Positions 53,647-60,229 of a stretch of DNA of 64,000 nt are shown piece after piece. The position numbers and the translations under genes are program-made. Below the pieces are notes generated by a model that was not told the origin of the DNA, did no database searches, and was given only the letters and a program-made list of their open reading frames with translations. Origin of the DNA: a virus. The stretch spans positions 1 through 64,000 of IMG/VR virus record IMGVR_UViG_3300042472_000301. One strand, given 5' to 3'. Within the stretch, counting starts at the first letter, position 1; every line of letters starts with the position of its first letter.

Positions 53647-53950
53647 GATTACCCCTTGCTCTGATTTCATCTGCGGCATAAGTAACGTAAGGCTGTCGTT
53701 CAGTTGGCTCATATTTAAGAGCAATCTTCGCACAAAGCTCACGTTCATCAAGCCTTGCAGCCTCAACCGCATCACAGCAATCTTGCAGGTAGTCGGCAGC
53801 ACAAGCCTCACGCTCGTCTTGGCGCACAAGGTCGGCAAAGTGTTCAAGGTGTTCGGCTCGTACATCAGGGTGATTTAATGAGCACCAGTCGCCATCACCA
53901 AGCTCTTCCAACCCCGCTTGTTCAGCCAACTCTTTTAATCGTTCGTTCAT
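53633..53950 (-). CDS. Hypothetical protein with two DERE.CA modules
   Basis: 3' part near-identical to phage A 2545..2748. Confidence 0.75.
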   Translation of the reverse strand: MNERLKELAEQAGLEELGDGDWCSLNHPDVRAEHLEHFADLVRQDEREACAADYLQDCCDAVEAARLDERELCAKIALKYEPTERQPYVTYAADEIRARGNHEQD

Positions 53951-54111
53951 GCGTCATCTCCCATTGGCATAGCAAACATCTGACCTGAGAAGGCGTTCAG
54001 GATCGCAGCCTTAGCCTCCTCACGCTCGTCTTCAGGGTAGTCAGCAACAACATCGTCAAGTATCTTCAAGATGTGCGCTGCAAGTTGTTTTGATGTGATT
54101 GGTGTGGTCAT
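53947..54111 (-). CDS. Small hypothetical protein (54 aa)
   Basis: Read by hand; ATGA-coupled at both ends. Confidence 0.6.
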   Translation of the reverse strand: MTTPITSKQLAAHILKILDDVVADYPEDEREEAKAAILNAFSGQMFAMPMGDDA

Positions 54112-54311
54112 AGCTTGCCCCTTGTTTCAGCAATTTCGTCACAATCTTTAATGCATTGCAACACTTGCTCTTGCATTCCATAACTCATAACAAACGAAAG
54201 ATTTACTTTATTTAACAAAAACCCCGCCACCATACAAACCGTTTCCAAATGCTTAATGCGTTTAATACAATCTTCATGGTTGTCAGTAATTTTGATTGTC
54301 ATACTGCCCAC
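54108..54311 (-). CDS. Hypothetical protein
   Basis: AT-rich; coupled chain. Confidence 0.6.
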   Translation of the reverse strand: MGSMTIKITDNHEDCIKRIKHLETVCMVAGFLLNKVNLSFVMSYGMQEQVLQCIKDCDEIAETRGKL

Positions 54312-54550
54312 CTCGGTGTCATAAATGATGCGTGTTGTCGAGCCTTAGCCCTGCGTGTTGCCTTGCGCTGTTTAAACGGCATCAAGTGCTTCTTGTGCTT
54401 GCCGTGCATCACAAAGATAGCCTTGCGTAACCACTTGCGCGGCACAATCAACTTTGTTGGACGTACTGTAATACGCTCACCTGACTCATCAATTGCGTTC
54501 CACAAAGACAAAAGGGCTTGCTCAAGTGCGTTAGAGGTTAGGTCTATCAC
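54299..54550 (-). CDS. Small protein resembling a Mu gpT-type major capsid fragment, with basic tail
   Basis: DLTSNALEQAL......DESGERITVRPTKLIVP; GGAGG RBS. Confidence 0.55.
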   Translation of the reverse strand: MIDLTSNALEQALLSLWNAIDESGERITVRPTKLIVPRKWLRKAIFVMHGKHKKHLMPFKQRKATRRAKARQHASFMTPRWAV

Positions 54551-54822
54551 GGCATCACCTCCGCTGATTTCAACCTGCCCTTGCCATCAATAACAATCTT
54601 GATACACTCATGCCCGACTTGGTCGTCAACCTCTACCCACGACTTCAGACCACAGATTAGATACTTCACTACATCAGGCTTTGGTTCAGGCTTGATGCGA
54701 TATTGCCAACTTTTATCCCAAGACGGGTGTCTTAAATCGCGCCATTCCACATACTCACTTTTACCTTGAATCTTCGCACCATCCGCCCAAGCGTGGATAA
54801 GGTCTGCGTGTTTGTGTTTCAT
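54547..54822 (-). CDS. Hypothetical protein (HKHADLI.AWADGA.IQ...YRIKP family)
   Basis: Recurring phage motif. Confidence 0.75.
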   Translation of the reverse strand: MKHKHADLIHAWADGAKIQGKSEYVEWRDLRHPSWDKSWQYRIKPEPKPDVVKYLICGLKSWVEVDDQVGHECIKIVIDGKGRLKSAEVMP

Positions 54823-55028
54823 TTCACCTTCTCCTTCACATACCCAAACTTTTTAGCAAGCGTTTTAAATTGCACCTCATTGATGAAGTACCAATCTTTC
54901 TGTACGCTCTTGTATACAGGAGTTGATTGAATCAACTCATCGTCAAGCTCAATTGCATGTTCTGTCAGCATCACGGACCGTGGTGCGCCGTTGATGAATA
55001 CAACATGTGCTACGGGTTCCTTGTTCAT
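54819..55028 (-). CDS. Hypothetical protein (EPVA motif)
   Basis: Coupled chain. Confidence 0.65.
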   Translation of the reverse strand: MNKEPVAHVVFINGAPRSVMLTEHAIELDDELIQSTPVYKSVQKDWYFINEVQFKTLAKKFGYVKEKVK

Positions 55029-55267
55029 TTCACACCCCCCGCCATAGCACGATCAACCTCGTCGTTCATCTGCTGCTCGGTCACCATGAACAACTGGCTG
55101 GTGTACTTGTTCAGCCAGCGGTAGCGTGCCGCATCAGCCGCCAGACCGCGGTGTATCCTAGTCGTTCGATCAAGCGTCGCGCTTAAGAAGTCAATCCTAT
55201 CTGACTGCGCCTTAATATGAGCGTTGAGCTCGTCGACGTGCGTCTGCATTTCGCGTTGTTCTTTCAT
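55025..55267 (-). CDS. Hypothetical protein (DAARYRWL, Ead/Ea22-like motif)
   Basis: Coiled coil plus DAARYRWL. Confidence 0.72.
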   Translation of the reverse strand: MKEQREMQTHVDELNAHIKAQSDRIDFLSATLDRTTRIHRGLAADAARYRWLNKYTSQLFMVTEQQMNDEVDRAMAGGVK

Positions 55268-55626
55268 TGCAGCCTCATGAACTCGATGACGTTGTTTTTA
55301 ATGGTGCTTATGACCGAGCCGTTGCCCCACAGCTTGCACCCACGCGACACGGCCGCCGATCGCAACGACTCGGCGTCAAACTCGCCGGGTTCAAGTAAAA
55401 ACACGTCACTGGGTTGCATTTTGTCAAAGTCTTTGCCGGTTAAAAAGGTGCTGTACGTGCCGTAGGGTACCGTCATCTGACGCCTCTTACGCTCGCGCGG
55501 TGCGACCACCTCAAGCGAGCCCTCGTTGATGATTGGCTCATCCGGTATCTGGATGACGTACTCGGCCTTGATGGCCTTTAATAAAACAATGGCTTTGTTC
55601 AATGCGATCTGTGTAATTTGTTCCAC
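55264..55626 (-). CDS. Hypothetical protein, possibly DNA-binding
   Basis: AAGGA RBS; GTG start. Confidence 0.7.
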   Translation of the reverse strand: MEQITQIALNKAIVLLKAIKAEYVIQIPDEPIINEGSLEVVAPRERKRRQMTVPYGTYSTFLTGKDFDKMQPSDVFLLEPGEFDAESLRSAAVSRGCKLWGNGSVISTIKNNVIEFMRLQ

Positions 55627-55629
55627 GGT

Positions 55630-55815
55630 TTAATCCTTTTTAATGTGTAGGGCGGTTTCTGATAACAACGAGAGACTCTTGTAGTAGTCCCACTTGGCAA
55701 TGGTTTCTGAATCTTTTGAGGGTGGGGTCCAGCCGTATTTTTTCCAAGTGCGTTGCACGTTGGTGGCCGAGGCTGGGGCGTAGGGTAAGTGCTCTGGTTT
55801 GAGTTCCATGATCAC
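55630..55815 (-). CDS. Hypothetical protein (A..T.V..TW.K.GW.PPS motif)
   Basis: Recurring phage motif. Confidence 0.68.
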   Translation of the reverse strand: MIMELKPEHLPYAPASATNVQRTWKKYGWTPPSKDSETIAKWDYYKSLSLLSETALHIKKD

Positions 55816-55904
55816 ATCCCGTAAGAAATAACAAAGTACAGGATGAAGATGGAATACAGAATTACTGAGGCCTTAACTACAAAAGCAAGATATCGTGTGA
55901 GCAT
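55812..55904 (-). CDS. 30-aa membrane peptide (MLTRYLAFVVKASVILYSIFILYFVISYGM)
   Basis: Read by hand; first ORF after the promoter; GGAG RBS. Confidence 0.6.
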   Translation of the reverse strand: MLTRYLAFVVKASVILYSIFILYFVISYGM

Positions 55905-55926
55905 GTGTTTCTCCGTGTGAATTGAC

Positions 55927-55955
55927 AATGTAAAGCTTTTTTTTAACTGAGTCAA
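55927..55955 (-). promoter_or_regulatory. Sigma70-type promoter of the phage B small-gene operon
   Basis: TTGACT-17 nt-TACATT. Confidence 0.65.
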
Positions 55956-57700
55956 TAAAGTTTATGAAGACCTACGTCTATCAGAATCTTAATCGCCTCG
56001 CTCATGTACCACTGGTAGTCGATATCAGTGGGTAAAACTTCTGGCAGCTCCATGATTGGCACCGCGTTGTCTGACTTGGGTACCTTGTTGCCGTTCTTCT
56101 TGTAGCGTATGAAGTCACCCTCAGTAGCGCGGTACCAGCGCACCACCTTGCCCAAGTACCTGCCCCTGTAGATCGCACCTGTGCGCACCGCACGCACCGT
56201 GGCAAAGAGCGTGATGTCCTCGCAGCCGTAGATGGTCTGCCTGATCGGTGTGCCCTCTGCCAAGTACTTCACGGCCGCGATCGAGCATATCTCGTTAGCC
56301 GGGCTCTTTGAGAGCGTGGTGGCAGCATACGCACCCTTGAGCTTGACGCGGCCGTCTGGCTTGATGGCCACGTAGCTGTTCACGTCACGCGAGTGCAGCG
56401 CGCGGTAGGCGGCCTCCTCGGTCACAAAGCCCGTGCACTTCTCCCACTTAACCACAGCCTCCTGCACGGCCACGTAGCGCGTCTTCTTGCCCCGTATCAC
56501 GATGCCGTCGGTGTTTGCACTCACCACCTGCGCGCCCGCGCCCTCTACCATCGCGATCAGGTCAAGTAGTGCTAACTGGCCGGTGAGCGTGACCTGCACG
56601 AGCAGGCCCGGTGAGTACAGGCAGCTATACCTGCTGCCAAGCTTACCGAAGGTGCCGTTAAGCGCAATCTTGAGCGTGTCCGAGGTCACCTTGTCACCCG
56701 CGGCCTTGGCGGCCAGCCTGCGCTCGTAGATGGTCGTGTACACGTCAAGGAAGGCCTCGCCCATCGTCTCTGGGTACAGGCCGCACTGCAGGATGATCGA
56801 GGGGTAGTAGGACGCCACGTCGCGCTCGATTAAGAACTCGTCCTCGGCCACGATGTGCGTGATCGCGCTCTCGGTGCTGTGCAGGCCGCCGATCCCCATG
56901 CGGTAGTTGCCAGCGCGGTAGTTGCCAGCGCGGTAGTTGTCTAGCGCCTCGCACTTGGGTGAGCCTGTGTCGGCGATCACGAAGTCGCACGCGCGCACGA
57001 AATCAAGCGCTTCGCTCTCTTGGATGAATGGGGGTGCCTTGTACTTAAACACCTTGCCGATCGTCACACGGGGCTTGCCAACGGGCTTACCGGTCACGTT
57101 GTGCACCTCGGCCTTGATCACGGCCTCTGCAATCTGCGCGTCGGACTTGCTGCGCAGGTCTTGGCCGTACTGGTCGCCTAACTTCTCACGCAACGCGATC
57201 TGGGGCTGCAGGCGCTCGTAGAGCATGAGGGTCACATTTAGGTCGTTCTCGCAGTACTCGCGCAGCGCCACGCGGTCGGTAGGCGTGATGCTTGCCGATG
57301 GCTCGATGGGTAAATCCTGCATCTTGGGTGCGCCCATACGCCCGGCGTAGTTCTTAAGCCCTGTGAGCCCCGGTGCGACCTCGATTAAGTCGATGTGGTT
57401 CACACCCTTGGGCGCGCGCAGGTCAAGCTCCCACGGCCGTGTGTCGTGCACGATGATGTTGTCTGAGTGATCTTTAAGCTCTTGGCAGCTCGCGCCCTCG
57501 AGCGCGGCGTTCAAGAGCGGCATGTCGTAGCCGTTGCCGTTAAACGTCACCACGCAGACCTTGCTCAGCACGCTGCGCAGTGCGTCGCGGTTCAGGTCGT
57601 GGCCTTCGTACATCTCGTAGTACATCGTCTTTTGCTGGTCTTTCAGCATGACGAGGAAGTAATCCTTGTAGACCTCAATATCTAGTGCGACCGTTTTCAT
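55952..57700 (-). CDS. DNA polymerase, family B-like (phage type)
   Basis: DIE (exo I), FNG..YD (exo II), YC.ND (exo III), DVASYYP, K..LNG.FGK, NTDG. Likely ATG at 57700. Confidence 0.9.
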   Translation of the reverse strand: MKTVALDIEVYKDYFLVMLKDQQKTMYYEMYEGHDLNRDALRSVLSKVCVVTFNGNGYDMPLLNAALEGASCQELKDHSDNIIVHDTRPWELDLRAPKGVNHIDLIEVAPGLTGLKNYAGRMGAPKMQDLPIEPSASITPTDRVALREYCENDLNVTLMLYERLQPQIALREKLGDQYGQDLRSKSDAQIAEAVIKAEVHNVTGKPVGKPRVTIGKVFKYKAPPFIQESEALDFVRACDFVIADTGSPKCEALDNYRAGNYRAGNYRMGIGGLHSTESAITHIVAEDEFLIERDVASYYPSIILQCGLYPETMGEAFLDVYTTIYERRLAAKAAGDKVTSDTLKIALNGTFGKLGSRYSCLYSPGLLVQVTLTGQLALLDLIAMVEGAGAQVVSANTDGIVIRGKKTRYVAVQEAVVKWEKCTGFVTEEAAYRALHSRDVNSYVAIKPDGRVKLKGAYAATTLSKSPANEICSIAAVKYLAEGTPIRQTIYGCEDITLFATVRAVRTGAIYRGRYLGKVVRWYRATEGDFIRYKKNGNKVPKSDNAVPIMELPEVLPTDIDYQWYMSEAIKILIDVGLHKLY

Positions 57701-57719
57701 CGTGTTCTCCGTTTTAGTT

Positions 57720-57930
57720 GTTGGCATACTACTCGCTGCACCGTGGCAAGCTGTTCTCAGCGACTATCTAGAATGGCTGCTGGGCGCTACCCATCACCAC
57801 AGCATCTGCTTTCACATACCAACACGGCTGAGGACTGCTATTCGGGCATAGGGTCTTACGACTTGCTGCTCTGTGGTTACGGCAATCCCCATGCGTGTTG
57901 GTGCCGGGCTTTGGGTTCAGGTGCCCGGCG
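57720..57930 (-). ncRNA. Candidate tandem structured RNA between SSB and polymerase
   Basis: GCCGGGC/GCCCGGC; ACCAACACG..GGGGATTGC/GCAGTCCTC..CGTGTTGGT; third multibranch domain. Confidence 0.55.
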
Positions 57931-57943
57931 ACCTGTAATGACT

Positions 57944-58507
57944 TTACCAGTCCTCGCCTGATGCCTCGTAGGCACCGAGCTCGTTGACCGCGTCGGTCAT
58001 GGCCTTGGCTGCGCCACCGAACGGTGTGCCGTCGGCGACCTTCTGCACGACGTTGAGCTCGAGCGTCACGCCACCCTTTTGTGAGGTGCCGTAGGCCTTG
58101 GCGTTCAGGCTGGCGCGCACGTAGCAGCCACCGTAGACCTCGAGCTCGTCAAGAATCTCGGCGCTGTTGGCGTCCACGATGCGCGGGCGCTGCTTGTTGC
58201 TCGCCTTGATGACCCAGTTGCCCTTGGCCGCAGGGTCGTCGACCTCGTCGCCGTCGGTGATACCCCAGCGCTCAAAGTTCGTGGGCACCTTGGTCGGGTA
58301 GAGCTCCTTCACCGCGGCGTCTTGGGCTGCGCGCAGGTCGTCGATAAACTTCTTCTCGGCCTTGGGCACGAGCAGGCTGATCGAGTACTTCGGGTCACCC
58401 TCGCCTTGGAAGGCTGTGGGCTTGAAGATGTGCGGATAGGACGCACGTGCTTTGGGTGAGTTAACTCGTGAAGAGCGTGTAACTTGGATTTTAGCGGCGG
58501 TTGCCAT
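57944..58507 (-). CDS. ssDNA-binding protein, DUF2815 family
   Basis: RASYPHIF.P, KYS..LL, DGD, YGGCY.RA, GV...LN.VQK..DG..FGG; acidic tail. Confidence 0.88.
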   Translation of the reverse strand: MATAAKIQVTRSSRVNSPKARASYPHIFKPTAFQGEGDPKYSISLLVPKAEKKFIDDLRAAQDAAVKELYPTKVPTNFERWGITDGDEVDDPAAKGNWVIKASNKQRPRIVDANSAEILDELEVYGGCYVRASLNAKAYGTSQKGGVTLELNVVQKVADGTPFGGAAKAMTDAVNELGAYEASGEDW

Positions 58508-58528
58508 AGTAGGACCTTTTTAACGTGT

Positions 58529-59626
58529 TTAAGAACGCAGCAACTCGGCGAGCGCTGCATCGTTTGTGCTGAGTTCCGATCGCTTGTCCTCGATCGTTGT
58601 CAGCGTGGGTTTACCGGGCGGCTTGGTAATTAAATCACCAAGTAACTCGGTAAATTTCTTCTTGCCAACGAGGGTTTCGATGGCACCTATTCCAAGCAGC
58701 TTTGTAGCATAAATATGTTCGGACTTGAAGTCGTTTGTTAAAAGCCTGTCTGCAACCTTTGCATCGTCTGACCAACTGCGCACGCTGCGACCTTCGACCA
58801 ACTTCAAACCCGGTAACTTCACGCCAGTCTCTGCACGCTTAAGCGCTTGATCCTGCAAGTCGTTTGCCCACGCGACGATGCCAGCAAGTTTGGGGTAGAT
58901 GGCTGCAAGCTCTGCATCGGCCATCAGCTCGCCTGCGGGTTGGTCAGACACTGTTGCAATCATCATGTCAGCGCGTGCCCGGCACGAGTGACGCGCCTTG
59001 CAGAACCGGCAGTGGTCACCTGCAACAGCCTCGCCCTCGCCCTTAAACGCGATCTCAGCAATTGGCTTGACTGTCTCGCCCCATGCAAGGAGTGCGTCAA
59101 CGTTGGTGGCCCACGAGCTGATGTTATGAATGCGTGGCTGCACGATGTGGAGCACGATGTCAGTGAAGGGCCCGTACACCAAGTCGTACTCGTTAATCGC
59201 ACCCAAGCCGTAGAGCATGGCCTGTGAATTATTCTCAACGTCCACGGCCACACCCTTGCCGTGCTTGTAGTCAAAGACGTGGATGGTCTGGCGATCGATC
59301 AGCACGCAGTCGCTCGTACCAAAGCCTTCGGGCACCCACGGGCTCACGTCAAGCTTAACCTCCACCAGCATGTGCTCGTGCTTGAACGAGCGCACGTAAT
59401 CGAGGTAGATCTGCACCGCGTCGCGCATCTCTTGGCTGTAGTCACCGATAATTTCATCGGCCGGTTTGCCTGTCACCAGCGCGCGCTCACCGAGCTCGTG
59501 CGCCAGACGACCCTCGGCCGCGTATGGGCTCTGCTCGTCGGGGAAGTGCGACTCAAGCCGCACACTCGGTGTGCAATTTAACCACTGGTGGCTCTTGGAG
59601 CATCCGAGGTAGGCGTGCTCACTCAT
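58529..59626 (-). CDS. DUF2800-type PD-(D/E)XK (Cas4-like) nuclease
   Basis: HA.L..S...W..C, EG..AH, FGTSD, DYKHG.G, HCRFC...SC, KLVEGRS.R.W. Confidence 0.9.
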   Translation of the reverse strand: MSEHAYLGCSKSHQWLNCTPSVRLESHFPDEQSPYAAEGRLAHELGERALVTGKPADEIIGDYSQEMRDAVQIYLDYVRSFKHEHMLVEVKLDVSPWVPEGFGTSDCVLIDRQTIHVFDYKHGKGVAVDVENNSQAMLYGLGAINEYDLVYGPFTDIVLHIVQPRIHNISSWATNVDALLAWGETVKPIAEIAFKGEGEAVAGDHCRFCKARHSCRARADMMIATVSDQPAGELMADAELAAIYPKLAGIVAWANDLQDQALKRAETGVKLPGLKLVEGRSVRSWSDDAKVADRLLTNDFKSEHIYATKLLGIGAIETLVGKKKFTELLGDLITKPPGKPTLTTIEDKRSELSTNDAALAELLRS

Positions 59627-59963
59627 GGCGGTTGCTCAACTTGGCGGCCAGCTCGTCGCGCTGCTCGTCGGTCATGGCCTTGATGCCGCCGGTGCTGTAG
59701 GACGAGATCATCGCCTTGACTGCGGGGCTACCAACCTCCGCGGCCGTGGCCACGCACAGCGCCTGCAGGTCTTCGACACTGATGTGCTCGGGCTCTTTTT
59801 TCTTGCGGGTCTTGGGTGGTGTGACGGGCGTGGCTTCCTCTGCGACTGGTGGCTCGTCGGCCACCATCACCGCGTTGCTAATCGTGGATATCGCGCTACT
59901 TAAATCAGATACCTTGCGGCGTAGCTCTTCAATTGTCTGGGCTTGGATATTGATCGTAAACAT
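59619..59963 (-). CDS. Hypothetical protein preceding DUF2800
   Basis: GGAG RBS; usual position in APSE-like modules. Confidence 0.7.
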   Translation of the reverse strand: MFTINIQAQTIEELRRKVSDLSSAISTISNAVMVADEPPVAEEATPVTPPKTRKKKEPEHISVEDLQALCVATAAEVGSPAVKAMISSYSTGGIKAMTDEQRDELAAKLSNRHE

Positions 59964-60045
59964 TTGTGTTTCTCCGTGTTTGTGAAATTAAATAGTAGCA
60001 CGGATTTTAACTGTGTTAATATTTTTGCTCTTTCGGAGGTTTTGT

Positions 60046-60228
60046 ATGTTCAAGTTCAGTAAGTATTATGCCTCGCTGACTGCGCAGCAAAAGCGTGATC
60101 TTGCGCTTGGCGTGCACAGCAGCATGAGCTATCTTGGAATGATCGCGCACGGGAAGCGCAAACCCTCGGAGCGCTTCGCAGCAGCGCTGAGTTTGGCCGC
60201 GGGTAAGAAATTCAACTACAAGGTTTGA
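60046..60228 (+). CDS. Cro-like HTH protein
   Basis: LA......SYL..IA.G.RKPS; divergent orientation; GGAGG RBS. Confidence 0.75.
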   Translation: MFKFSKYYASLTAQQKRDLALGVHSSMSYLGMIAHGKRKPSERFAAALSLAAGKKFNYKV

Positions 60229-60229
60229 T

